A stretch of DNA of 63,997 bases, the filler included, from Octopus bimaculoides (Eukaryota): the NCBI RefSeq assembly GCF_001194135.2. It is 8 parts of 7 records of this genome, joined end to end, with 100 filler letters (N's around TTAATTAATTAA, not from the genome) between each part and the next. Parts side by side here need not be neighbours in the genome. Positions count along the whole stretch, not along the records: positions 1 to 15,368 come from NC_069002.1; positions 15,469 to 22,968 come from NC_068983.1; positions 23,069 to 34,000 come from NC_068994.1; 5 more parts are not named here. One strand, 5' to 3'. Shown in pieces: positions 14,608 to 27,905 of the stretch. The notes beneath the pieces were generated by a model. It saw only the letters and a program-made list of their open reading frames with translations, ran no database searches and was not told where the DNA came from. Every line of letters begins with the position of its first letter. The stretch's first letter is position 1. The position numbers and the translations under genes were made by a program.

Positions 14608-14771
14608 TGTTTGTGTTTGTGTGTGTGTGTGTGTGAGTGTGTAAAATGAACACACTTTCCTCAGGAGTTTTCATTAAAATTTCATTGTCTCTTCCTTTCA
14701 AATTTATCTGAACATATTTCTATTGTTTAAAGCCTTTTTTCATTATTGCTGGCAAATCTTAATGTTGTTAC

Positions 14772-14848
14772 CTTAACATTTTCCTGGCGTGTTTACATCG
14801 CATGTACATATCAGGAACATTAGCGTGAAACCGAGAAAGAAATTCCAT
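14772..14848 (-). CDS. Possible alternative first coding exon, MEFLSRFHANVPDMYMRCKHARKML(R), ending in phase 2
   Basis: ATG at 14848, 25 codons plus 2 nt, good donor AAG|GTAACA. Phase matches exon C. No good upstream acceptor. Confidence 0.25.
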
Positions 14849-15368
14849 TTGTAATCCATTTCCTGTACACTTATATCTTTCGATGCATATACATCTTCAA
14901 ACACGCACACACAGAGACACACACACACACAGACAGACAGACTCACACACACACACACACGCACGCACGCACGCACGCACACACACACATACACACACAC
15001 ACTCACACTCACACACAGGCACAAACAGACATTTATATATACGTGTATAATTTTAAGTATATATAAATATGTGTATATACAGACACACACATACACACAC
15101 ACACAAACATAAATATACATAAATATATGTATATATGTACATATATATATATATGTAAGAATATCTCTGCATATAGTTATACAAGTCTACGGACGTGTTT
15201 ACATACACATAGGTGTGATTTGATGCGTATGTAATTATACATTTCTAGCAAAATTTGTAACAAGCAAATATGAATATTATTGAAAAAAAAAAAAAGAGAT
15301 TAAACTCGAATATCTCTTCAATATAAAAAGTTTAGAAATAAGTATGTAAATCGACATATGCATATATA

Positions 15369-15468
15369 NNNNNNNNNNNNNNNNNNNNNNNNNNNNNNNN
15401 NNNNNNNNNNNNTTAATTAATTAANNNNNNNNNNNNNNNNNNNNNNNNNNNNNNNNNNNNNNNNNNNN
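15369..15468. other. Artificial scaffold join N44-TTAATTAATTAA-N44 (also 22969, 34001, 51996, 54510, 59351, 62875)
   Basis: Identical 100-bp structure seven times; the 12-mer gives stops in all six frames. Confidence 0.97.
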
Positions 15469-15652
15469 ACTGTCAACTCATCCGTTCATCCATTCATTTA
15501 CTCATTTAATACTCTATAAATCCTTTCATCTGGCACTTTATCTGTGTGTGTGTGTGTCTGTCTGTCTGTCTGTCTCTTTCCTTTTACAAATAGAGAGGTA
15601 TAAGTTTAGATTAACTTGTAAAAACAAAAGAAAATAGATAGATAGATAGATG

Positions 15653-15686
<34 letters not shown>

Positions 15687-15697
15687 GTGACAGACAA

Positions 15698-15746
<49 letters not shown>

Positions 15747-15748
15747 GT

Positions 15749-15796
<48 letters not shown>

Positions 15797-16486
15797 GGCA
15801 GGCAAACAGAGGCAGACAAGTGGACTACGAGACAAACAGACAGATACAGCGAAAAAACGAATGAAATATGTAGGTTGTCAGATTGTCAGTTAACTCTTAA
15901 TTTCTGCTTAATTTATTACCTAATTTTACATGTAAATATATCCTCTAATTTCTAAACTGAACTAATTCTATCCGAGTTTGCAAGGAATATGTGGAGGTGG
16001 GTAAGTCGATTACATCGACTGCTGCTTATTTTATAGAAAGGATGAAAGGTGAAATTTAAACTCAGAACATAAAGACAAACGAAATATTGCTGAGCATTTT
16101 TGCTCGGTGTCTTGCCGCCTTAGTTACAAGGAATATTCTCAACAGTAATACATATGTGCATACGATTAGTCGATTAAATCGACCCCAGTGCTTGTCTGGT
16201 ACTTATTTTATCGACCCTGAAAGGATGAAAGGCAAAGCTGACCCAGGCGGAATTGGAACTCAGAACGTAAAGACGGACGAAATGCAGCTAAGCATTTCAC
16301 CCGGCGTACTAACGATTCGGACGCCTTAAATAATAATAATAATAATACAGTTCTATATTTAAGAGATGAGGAATTATTTACATTATTTACATTATTTGAC
16401 GGTATTGAGGAAGGATAAAAAAAATAAAATAAAAAAATAATAATAATAGATTTATAAGCCTTAAAATTCACCCCATAATTGCTCAC

Positions 16487-16740
16487 GGGCATATGGCGTA
16501 GTGGTTAAGAGCGCGGGCTACTCACCCCAAGGTTCCGAGTTCGATTCACGGCAGCGACCTGAATAATAATAATAGTAGTAGTAATAATAATAATAATAGT
16601 AACATCGTTAGGAATGAGATCCCAGGTTCGAAATTTCTCCAAGACACCTGACGAAGGCTGGAGGGTATATCAGCCGATACGTTGTGTTAACAATAAACAA
16701 GATGAGGGGAAATATCCGTCAAATGTAAATAATAATAATG
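16487..16740 (+). mobile_element. tRNA-headed SINE-like element with (AAT)n spacer and hammerhead-bearing Penelope-like tail
   Basis: A box TGGCGTAGTGG 16494-16504, B box GAGTTCGATTC 16537-16547, (AAT)n linker, hammerhead, (AAT)n end. Confidence 0.6.
16643..16688 (+). ncRNA. Minimal type-I hammerhead ribozyme motif, degenerate (GAAA to GATA)
   Basis: GACAC-CTGACGA-A-GGCTG-gagggtatat-CAGCC-GATA-CG-TT^-GTGTT. Stems I and II 5 bp each, loop-less palindromic stem III ACGT. Confidence 0.6.
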
Positions 16741-17287
16741 TTTAAAACTTTGACATAAGTCCAGCAATTTTATAGGGAGAGAGATTGTCGATTACGGATA
16801 GGTATTTTATTTTAACAACCTTGAGAGAATAAAAGGCAATGATCCATGACTAATATAAATGAAAAACAAACAGATAATTTGTGTTATTTTCATATATTTC
16901 TTCAAATATTCATTTTGGTTTGTTTATCGGTGGTTGAAACGGGTTACATCTTCAGAAACGGGAAGAAGTTTTAGCTAGAAATATGACAGCAGCGAAAAAA
17001 AGACGCCGACTAAAAACAAACTTAAAAAGATAAAAGTAATGGAAATTAAATAGATATAATTGTAAATATAGAGGATTATAATTGGGCAAGAATAAATGAA
17101 AGTGTAGTGAACGCGTGTATGTGTACGCACACACACTCACACACACATATATTATAATATAATATTATTAATATCAGGAAATCAATATTAGAAAATTCAT
17201 CAGAAAGGTATATACGTGTGTAAAATAATTGTTGTATTAAAAATATAAATATATATAAATATGTATAAGTATAAATATATAATAATG

Positions 17288-17342
<55 letters not shown>

Positions 17343-17725
17343 GGCCTGAAATTTGGTGGGTAGGATGTTATTCGATTACATCGAATGCAGTGCTCATTCT
17401 TATTTAACAACGCTGAAGGATGAGTGATAAAGACGACTTCTTCAGAACAGGAATTTAGGAGGCAACGATTCCGTTATCTCGTCACTTTCGATTAACAGTG
17501 TCCAAATTTTTGCACAAGTCAGCAATATTATGGGTGGGACCTCGACCTCGTTCTTGATTGGTACTTTATTTTATCGACTCCGAAATGCTGAAAGGCTGGA
17601 AGGCAATGTTCACCTGGGCGGGATTTAAACTCAGAGCGTAAAGAGCCGGAATAATTACAATCGGAAGACCCCTAACCCTAATCGGAAGATATGCCATCCG
17701 ATTGTTTAACGAATCCGCCAATGCG

Positions 17726-17792
<67 letters not shown>

Positions 17793-17794
<2 letters not shown>

Positions 17795-18763
17795 TGCCCT
17801 GATGCAGTACCAGGTAGTGGCTCGCATGGCTTTTGATCTTAACTGATTGGAAGTGTTATCATGTACATTGTTTTGCTTTGGTATAAAATATGCAAATATT
17901 CTGCTCCATACCACAGATTTGCTTATCATTTGCTTGACCTTGGCCAGTTGCGTATGTCCCTTAGTGGCTGACGATAAGTGCATCTCTGACACGAGCAGAA
18001 TTAGTAGAGGAGAATCATAGCCATGTGTTGAGAGGAATTCTTTGGGGTTTGAATAATTCACCTCTGGAAACATGGGTGTTTTGTTCATCATCCTTAAACA
18101 TTTTGAGGAGCCCATCCCTTTGAGCNNNNNNNNNNNNNNNNNNNNNNNNNNNNNNNNNNNNNNNNNNNNNNNNNNNNNNNNNNNNNNNNNNNNNNNNNNN
18201 NNNNNNNNNNNNNNNNNNNNNNNNNNNNNNNNNNNNNNNNNNNNNNNNNNNNNNNNNNNNNNNNNNNNNNNNNNNNNNNNNNNNNNNNNNNNNNNNNNNN
18301 NNNNNNNNNNNNNNNNNNNNNNNNNNNNNNNNNNNNNNNNNNNNNNNNNNNNNNNNNNNNNNNNNNNNNNNNNNNNNNNNNNNNNNNNNNNNNNNNNNNN
18401 NNNNNNNNNNNNNNNNNNNNNNNNNNNNNNNNNNNNNNNNNNNNNNNNNNNNNNNNNNNNNNNNNNNNNNNNNNNNNNNNNNNNNNNNNNNNNNNNNNNN
18501 NNNNNNNNNNNNNNNNNNNNNNNNNNNNNNNNNNNNNNNNNNNNNNNNNNNNGATCACATAGACAGTATTTTACGTAGGATATGGGCAGTTCCCATGAGC
18601 ACTATCTTTTGAACTTCAGCCATTTTGGGGTTTCCTGGTATCTGAGCTAGGTAGTAATCAGCCCGTTTTGCTGTCATTCCCAGGGCACCTATGACAATAG
18701 GTATTGTTTTCGTCTTCAGATTCCACATTTTGCTAATTTCTATTTCAAGATCTTTATATTTGC

Positions 18764-18768
<5 letters not shown>
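17793..18768 (-). mobile_element. 5'-truncated RLE-type (R4/Dong-like) non-LTR retrotransposon
   Basis: 18764-18555 reads SKYKDLEIEISKMWNLKTKTIPIVIGALG...VQKIVLMGTAHILRKILSM* (REL endonuclease C-terminus, stop-free). 3'UTR continues across the gap to a (TAT)n tail. Confidence 0.8.
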
Positions 18769-18837
<69 letters not shown>

Positions 18838-19739
18838 CATTATCAATAGTGGGACCCGTGGAAATTCCACAGAACGAAAATGATTAAGAGAATCTTTTTA
18901 AAAAGGAAAGGATGTTTCCGAATAAGACGAGGCTGAAACGTTAAACTTACTTGGTTAATGTTTAATCAATAATGTTGGTGTTTTATCATTGTTGAATATG
19001 TCATCAACAGCTACTGCTGCGGTTGGTCTTGTTGATGTTTTTGTAATTGTTGTTGTCGTTTCGAGATTGTTGTTCTCATTGTCGCAGCTGCTGTTTCTGC
19101 TGCGGTTGTTGTCGTTGTTGTTACTACAATTGTTACCGTCTCTTTTGCTCTTCTCGCTCCTGTTTCTACTGCTCTTGATTTTGCCGTTGTTGTCTGGCCC
19201 ATGACGAATGGTGACTTTTCTATAACATAACAAGGATTACATTAACCACAATGTATGTCGTTTTTCTAAGAAGACAGTATTCAAGTTGAAAGAACTTGGG
19301 TTCCTCTCTTCAGCAGGTCCAACGACCATCTAGTCGAATCTCTTATTAGTTTGTTGTCTAAGCCATCACTTTCACGTTTGTCCACAAGTCAGACTTGATT
19401 TAGAAGACCTAAGATCAAAACAGTCGAAATTTCAGTCTGAACATCCCGTGTACGTTTCCAGGTTAAGTGCACAGAGGATCACACTATACAGTATGTCTCT
19501 TCATGTTTTAAGATAATCAAATGCAATATGAAAGACGTTTAGCTGACTGACAAACACAAACTCTCTTTCAGAAGTTTGTTGTCAGTCCTTTTTTGTGATT
19601 CGATGGGGGCATGTTTCTTGCTAAGCCATTTTATCTGACTGTTTTCCTTTTCATTTGTTGCTTACTTGTTACTGGATTGACTTGTGTATTTGAATTTAGA
19701 CATCGCTGCTGTTATTACGTTTCCTCTTTTATATATGAC

Positions 19740-20400
19740 TTTCAACGAAAGAGACAGCGACCACTGCATCACATCCGCTCATTGGACTTTCGAAAGCGCA
19801 GCAGGCACGTATTCAACGACGACGAGCTTTCCCTCCGAACAAAACGTATGGCGTTTCGCGACGTTGTCATCTTCACCTTGCTATATTCATTTTCGAGACA
19901 TAGGCTCTGTATCGAAAAGACCTGAAAAGGCTTGCGCGTTTCTAAGAAGCCAAGCTTCGACACGTCCTCAATATCAAATGGCAACGAAGTCCTCAATCGC
20001 TTAGAAGAGCCGAACATTGAAGCTGCCACCGTCAAGCACCACCTCAGGTGGTCAGGACAGGTCATCAGAATGGCCCTTCAAAACTACCGCTGACCATCCT
20101 CTAAATCGAGCTTGTCAACTGCAAACTATATCGTGGAGCCCCAAGGTTTCAAACACCAACTGAAACCTTCCCTCCTTCAAGCCGGAATCATACTCAATGC
20201 CTGGGAAACAGAAATCACCGACCATTCTCCCCGGTGAAGAGAAATACATTTCGGCTGTTCTACTTTGGAGGAGGAGAAAATCTGAAGCAAAAATCGAAGC
20301 AAAAAGAAGGCAACGAACCGCAACTCCAGCTAAGACCACCACCCGCTCTGTCATATGATCAATACCGAAACTGTTCCAGTTCCAACTTGACATTCTGAGC
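19740..20400 (+). mobile_element. RTE-clade LINE 3' fragment
   Basis: LSLRTKRMAFRDVVIFTLLY; LRHVLNIKWQ; NEVLNRLEEPNIEAATVKHHLRWSGQVIRM. All typical of the RTE post-RT region. Confidence 0.8.
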
Positions 20401-22925
20401 TGTGTCAGGTTTAATCGTCAAGGAGGCAACGGATGAATCAGACTCAGACACGAGTGGCGCTGCCGCCACCGACGTCAACGATTTTTTAATACCAAAACAT
20501 CTCGCTTGCTTCCGTTAGGATTTCTGCGTTATTTCATTTTTCTTTGTCTTGCATTATTCGTATTTTTTAACTCAGAGTTTTCGTTTATATAAAATCTTTT
20601 ATCTTTTACTTCTTTGAGTCATTAGGCAGTGGACATGCTGGGGCACCGTATTGAGGAGGTTTTAGTCAAATGTATCGACCCCAGAACTTATTTTTTAAAA
20701 GCCTAATACTTATTCTATCGGACACTTTTGCCAAGCCGCTAGGTTGCGGAGACGTAAACACACCAACACCTGTTGTCAAGCGGTGGTGGTGGACAAACAC
20801 AGACAAGCACACACGCTCGAACGTACACGCACACACACATACACACCGATATAAGACGGTCTTCTTTCAATTTCCTACCTAATCCACTCACAATGTTTTG
20901 ATCGGCCGGGGACTGTTGTAGAAGACGCTTGCCCTAGGTGCCATGCAGCAGGACTGAGCCCAGAACCGTATGGTTAGGAAGCAAACCTCTTACCACACAA
21001 CCGCGCTTGCACTATTTATTACTTATTATTTCTTACATTATTTATTGTCGTTTAATATTATTCATGATTTACATTTATTAATGATTTATTCCTTTATACA
21101 TTTGTTATTTATTTATCGATCTACCGATCTATCTATTTACTCTTACATTTTAACTGTACGTCTGTCTGTACTTTGAATCTTTACACTTAAGTTTGCCGTC
21201 GTCTGTGTTTTCAAAGGCAAGATTATGTAGGTGCACTTATTTTACGAAGAACTAATACGGGGCGACACACATCTGTTGCTAAAAAAGAACAAATAATGTG
21301 CATAAGTAAAATAAGCTTTATAGAATGGTTTCCCCAAATCCGTTTTATTTTAAAGAATTGTGATTGTTCCTGTAGAATTCTGTTTTCAGTATTGTTATTG
21401 TTGCTGTTGTTGTTGTTGTTGTTGTTGCATTGTGATATTTATATATTCGCTTCATTTGGAAGTATCATTATGTCTTCTTCTTTCCTTTGATCTGTCAGTT
21501 AGTCGACAAAGCTCCAATAAAAGAACAAAGAATGTTTTCTATAAAACGACTTACTCAGTAATATACGGAAGTTATTTCGTTCACCTCACACATCAGACTT
21601 CTTCAAAGTCTGACCGTCTAACACCACCTCTTTCCCCCCTGTCTCTCTCTCACTCTCTTGATGTCCCTCTCCACATAACCACAACAACTCGCCATGTCAC
21701 TCCATCAAAATCAATTCCTTCATCTTTTTTCTTAACCACAGCTCAAACAACCATACCTTCATCTCTTTCTTCCTCACTCTCTTACGAATCTTATATTCTT
21801 TACACATTTATTTAAACTTATTAAACTCGCTTCTAAACCTCCACACTGAGTTAATTGTTGTCTACACAGACCATCTACAATTTCCACAGGTTTGGTATCT
21901 TAATCTATCATGTTTAGTATTCATAGTATTTTACTAAAAAAGGTGGTTGATAACCACAACCGCTATGTGGAAAACACGTTATTTTGTAAAGGCCTCTTGC
22001 ATAACTGTTTTAATTCTTTAGACAAAAGAGAAAAGGTTTTAATTTCGAACATAGAATGTAAATGCCTATAGAGATCCTGGTTTCATGGTGTTAAGAAGAG
22101 GAAAGGCGAATGTCTTTTCCCAGATAGGATATCAGTGTATCACAAATGACATTTTCAAGTTGATTGGCATTTCATCAGATCGAGTGACCCCAAAATTGTC
22201 TCAAGTGGTCCTTGTTAGGCTGTGCAGCTGCCGCTACATAAAGTGGGCTAAAATATTGATCAGTGGCATTGATATTTTAGAACTTAATAAAATGTCTACT
22301 TCTGCTCCTGTCTAGACATTATATGACACCTTCTTGTAATATATATTTAATTATATATTTTCATTTGTCTCATTTTCTTGCAGTAAAAGAGTAAAAAACA
22401 AATATGCTAGTAATTGTATAGCAAGAAGTATTTCGTAGTCTTTATGGAGTTGTGGAGATAAAAAAAAAAAGGTATTTGATAAGGATATTAACTTCTTATG
22501 CTTTCCTAGTTACGTCTAGTACAGATGGGAGATATCTGATGATAATGATTTAGGTACATTAAGTATGCTTATTTCTCTCATTTTCTCGTTTTCTGAGTCG
22601 TGTCTTTAGAGAAACATTGGTTTTATAGGTTTTATTGCTACTTTTTAAAGTTCAGCCAGCAGATTTCAGATTAAAAGCGTTTCAGACGTAATGTCTCCAG
22701 GTCTGTAGGATCCAATATATGCACTTTTTAATGTGAGGGTGTGATTTGAGAAAGATTTCGTCGCTATTTCTAACAAGCCTTGTAAATAAAGAACACATCA
22801 CTGGTCTGTATTCTGGTCTACGGCGTACTACTTAATATCTTAAGTAGTAAATGAACGCAAACATATTTAAGTACTTCCAGTCGGTAATACACGAGTTCAA
22901 CGAATGAGAATTTAGGCGCAAGAAG

Positions 22926-22968
<43 letters not shown>

Positions 22969-23099
22969 NNNNNNNNNNNNNNNNNNNNNNNNNNNNNNNN
23001 NNNNNNNNNNNNTTAATTAATTAANNNNNNNNNNNNNNNNNNNNNNNNNNNNNNNNNNNNNNNNNNNNATGATCGCAGCCAACTCATTTAACCTTTCGA

Positions 23100-23750
23100 A
23101 TATGATGGAGAAATCGGAAATGGAGAGGGATGTTATCCCTAAAAGAAAATTATGAACAAAAAGACACGACATAAACAAGTAGATGTTTTGCAGGGAAATT
23201 TAGTCAGTGCTCCCGAAAAGGATGCAATGTGTGCGTGTCTGTAAGAAAAGATACATGGGTAGGAGGTGGCACCTTTCCTCTTTGTATTGCTTTTTTTCCT
23301 TTACTCATGGGCCAAGGAATTAACTTCAGTTTGGTTTTGTGTTGAAGAGCTGAGGATGAGCCACTGCACAGCCGCTGATTACAACAGTTATGTTCTCGAA
23401 ATATGTGCAGAGGATCTGTTCCGCAATCCAGTTCAGAAAGGCGGTTCTGGGAAGATTGTTGAGATAGACGAAACAGTATTCTCAACACGTAAATACAACC
23501 AGAGAAGAGTGCTTGCTACCTGAACAGTGGGCTTTCGGAGGAGTGTGTTGCGAAACCAGACATGCTTTTCTTTGGTGGTGTCATGTCGGAATAGTGACAC
23601 ACCAGAAGAATGCATACGTCAGTTGGCTTTTTCAGGAACCACAATTTTCAGTGGCTTGTGGAGGGCCTACACGCACATTCCAGAAATTGATGGTTATATG
23701 TACTGCAGGAACTACAAAAACTATAATTTGTTTGAGGAAAACTCCTACTC
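23100..23750 (+). mobile_element. Merlin (IS1016/IS1595-related, ISXO2-like DDE) transposase remnant
   Basis: CSRKGC zinc-finger region; FLYSWAKELTS..EICAEDLFRNPVQKGGSGKIVEIDETVFSTRKYN..; EQWAFGGVCCET; GTTIFSGLWRAY. Frameshifted; start approximate. Confidence 0.9.
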
Positions 23751-24556
23751 CTTATTTCAAACTTTCGTTTTGAATTTTCGCTACAAAANNNNNNNNNNNN
23801 NNNNNNNNNNNNNNNNNNNNNNNNNNNNNNNNNNNNNNNNNNNNNNNNNNNNNNNNNNNNNNNNNNNNNNNNNNNNNNNNNNNNNNNNNNNNNNNNNNNN
23901 NNNNNNNNNNNNNNNNNNNNNNNNNNNNNNNNNNNNNNNNNNNNNNNNNNNNNNNNNNNNNNNNNNNNNNNNNNNNNNNNNNNNNNNNNNNNNNNNNNNN
24001 NNNNNNNNNNNNNNNNNNNNNNNNNNNNNNNNNNNNNNNNNNNNNNNNNNNNNNNNNNNNNNNNNNNNNNNNNNNNNNNNNNNNNNNNNNNNNNNNNNNN
24101 NNNNNNNNNNNNNNNNNNNNNNNNNNNNNNNNNNNNNNNNNNNNNNNNNNNNNNNNNNNNNNNNNNNNNNNNNNNNNNNNNNNNNNNNNNNNNNNNNNNN
24201 NNNNNNNNNNNNNNNNNNNNNNNNNNNNNNNNNNNNNNNNNNNNNNNNNNNNNNNNNNNNNNNNNNNNNNNNNNNNNNNNNNNNNNNNNNNNNNNNNNNN
24301 NNNNNNNNNNNNNNNNNNNNNNNNNNNNNNNNNNNNNNNNNNNNNNNNNNNNNNNNNNNNNNNNNNNNNNNNNNNNNNNNNNNNNNNNNNNNNNNNNNNN
24401 NNNNNNNNNNNNNNNNNNNNNNNNNNNNNNNNNNNNNNNNNNNNNNNNNNNNNNNNNNNNNNNNNNNNNNNNNNNNNNNNNNNNNNNNNNNNNNNNNNNN
24501 NNNNNNNNNNNNNNNNNNNNNNNNNNNNNNNNNNNNNNNNNNNNNNNNNNNNNNNN

Positions 24557-24606
<50 letters not shown>

Positions 24607-26329
24607 CACAAGAGACAGAGAAAAAGAGTGTGTGAGCGAGATTGAGTGTACAAATAGATGTACGACTGCTACTGTTATGTTTAGAGCTCCACGTAGGTTA
24701 TCATAATTTAGTCTATTTATTTAGCCATTTATTTAATATATGTACTTCATTATATTTTACTTACCAATATTCGTTCAACGTAAATTATCATGTCGCTGTT
24801 TTATATGTTTTACATTATATATGTTTATACTTTTCTATATATACTTTATATTTTATTCATATCTGCTTTAGCTGCACAAATTATTCTCTTGATGTCTCCT
24901 TTACTTTCCTCTTCCCCTCTTCCTTATTCCATCTTTTCTTCCCTTTCCTTTCTTCTGTCGTTATTCTCTAGTTGTTTTTTCTCTCTCTCTTTCCCTCCCT
25001 CTCTCTCCCTCTCTGTCTGTCTGTCTCTCTCTATCACTCTCTCATTCACTCACCCACTCTTCCCCTTGTACCTAGATTAAATCCTCATTCAATTACTTTC
25101 TATTTTCCTCCCAAAATAATTATAAAAATGCCTCGTCATCTATCCAATCTTGGGCATAATTATCGGTAACTCAATACAATAAAGTGTTCCTTAATGATCA
25201 GTTGTGGTTGAGCATTTAAATGCACCTGGAACACCTATTGCAGGGCCCCAAACAAGCACAATGGTGAAACGCGCGTAAGAACTGTTATATAAACTTGTGT
25301 TTATCCTTATATAATATATATATTTTGTGTGCTGGTCCGTTATTTGTGGTATCATCAAAAACAATACACCAGGTGAGAGAGAAATATCATTCAATATACG
25401 TAGGATTTAAATTCGTGCTACTTTTAGTTTTATACCTTTGATAGTACAATGTTAGGACAAACTTGTATAACGCATTGTGTATTTTTGGTCAATCATTCAG
25501 ACTCAAAACGCCACAATTAATTCTTGTGCATATTAAATTATATCATGATATGAATTTCAAATTTTGGCATATGGCAGCAAATTTGAAAGGCGAGGTAAAA
25601 TGGTAACATCGATTGTCCTTAAGGATGAAAGGTAATAATATGAATGATGAAGAAAAGTTGTAACATTGCCCGCGGGGTTCGAACGCTGCGTGTTATATAG
25701 TCGTGCTAACTGCTACACCAAAGAACATCACAATCCCTGCTCGCCTAATTTATCACTTAAGTAGCCACAATCACATACTAGTGACCTGTAAACAGTCGGG
25801 TAACCATGCCAAGGATCCAGGACACTATTGCCTAGGAGTTGATGAAGATAATGTTTATAAAACCTGATATGGGAAGGCCGAATTCAAACAACCTAAAAAA
25901 AAAGAAAGACTATCGAAAACTTGAATGATCGAATACTCAAACCCGAATTTTAAAACATTTTATCGGTAAAAATGAGAAGCGGCATTAATAAATATTTAAT
26001 TACATATTGTAACTTAGTTTATTTATTAAAATTATGCTAGAAACGGTAGTTTTAAAATGCTGTTTGCTAAATATAAAATATTTAGTCTTTCAATAATAAT
26101 CCGTCAAATTAAGTATTTTAGGAGAAAATAACGGGAAAAGTCTCAAAACCATTAGTTTGAGAAACATAACATGTACTTTAACTATTTCTTTATAAGCCAC
26201 AAGAGCCACACATAAGACAAAAGGGCAATACAAAACAAAGGACAGCGGGCGATTTGCATAAAATACTTGTGAACAATTAACAAAACTATAAGCTATGAAA
26301 TTTTCCAATTAGGGGAAAACATCATTTCT

Positions 26330-27905
26330 GTGTGACACTACCATGCTCGTCACTCTTCCCATTTCTTGTCAACCTGAAGATCTGAACCAGACCCCAAGCA
26401 ATTTAGCCTGCTGTCCTCAAATGCCCCACTTTGCTGTTGGACGGCATGGACCTGCCTCTCCACCTGGCAAGCTGGCCTACCGACTTCTGGCAAATTTTTG
26501 CTCTTGTCAGCACCTCGGAGTTACTCAGACTAGTGCCAATCACTTCGATGTATTTCGTGTCTGACACTGTTACGGTGACGTCATTCCTTTATACAAACAC
26601 GGATCATCTGCATCCTAGGTTGCATGATATGCACCTCGAAACCTCCAACTTCTACAGTAGTGGTTCCAAAGTCAGTGGAGTGAGGGTACAGCCTTGACTG
26701 ACCGAGCACATGATACTAAGCGATTCTGACAGGTGACCATTTAGATTCTAACCACCGAGCAAATGTCTCTGTACATTGCAGCGATCAAGCCTTCTGAAGA
26801 CGGGTCCGAAATCAACCACCTTGAGGACAGCTCCCAAATATTGATGGTCGACCCTATCAAATGCTTTCGACTGATTTAAACTGATCAGATATTCACACCT
26901 GTCAAGTTCTTTACTGTGATGTATCGCGTGAGGTGGAGGTTTTTGTGGATAGATCTGCTTGGTATGGTGCTTGTCTTTTCGCAGAACAGACAATTCTCTC
27001 GTTCTTCTACCAGTCACAGTAGATATCTGCCAACAAAGTCCCCGAATAAGCCTGGTGATAAAGATCGTAGGGTAGACCATCCAGTCCTGGCGACTTCATT
27101 GTGCAGCCCGTTATCACTTCCCGTATTTCGTCAGCTGTTATCGTCTTTTTCGCGGAAGCTCGCATCCTGAGCGGAGAGCCCCGGCAAGCCATCGTAATAA
27201 GTATTAAGTTCATATCTGTAGCTCACCATCAGCTCCAAAGTGTTGAGTGAAATGTACTAAAAATCCATACACATCTGCTTGAGATAGTGTTGCAAGCGCC
27301 GCTCCCGATCTGTCAATGACAAAATTGTGGCTTTGTTACCTCGGTGCGCCTCTTGTCATACGAACCCATTGAAAGGCTATCGTTCCCTCATGTTTTAGAG
27401 CATGCGCCTTCGCTCTGACAAACAACTTTGCTATGACAAACAACTTTGCTTTGACAACCCAATGCTCAGGTAGCAAGCTGTAGAAAACTATTGAGCAGTT
27501 TTACACCAACCCTCTCCTATCGGCTGCTCCCACGCAATCCAGATGTGCATCTGAAATGACGTTTCCACGAACACTATAAAAATCATCAAACGACCGAAAA
27601 ATTTCGGCTCCCCCACCCCAATTTGGACATACGCAGCGACTGGTGTAAAAGCACCACCTTCGCTAACTTCTGCGCCAAGGACCAACAGCTTACTGCCCTG
27701 GAAGATTCACCGTCTCTCTAGGACCAGGCTTTTCCGGAACAGTACCGTCTCTTCGAATATGAGATGCGAAGATCTCAAAATCGTTCAAATCAGGTACTGA
27801 AGTGCATGTCGGAAATACAGGTCTCGCTGACAGCTATCACATCCAAATCTGATAATATGAGGTCATTGAGCAGGTGACCCCGCTTCCAGTGTGACTCAAG
27901 GCCAC
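26330..27905 (-). mobile_element. L1/Tx1-clade LINE ORF2 remnant (endonuclease plus RT)
   Basis: LDVIAVSET (APE endonuclease); KSPGLDGLPYDLY; LISLNQSKAFDRVDHQYL; degenerate GC.L.PL..EPLL and DDVTVTV motifs; many stops and frameshifts. Confidence 0.9.

Noticed and set aside
14773-14860. Signal-peptide-like ORF MDYKWNFFLGFTLMFLICTCD
   Set aside because: It stops before the good donor; the alternative frame explains the donor better.
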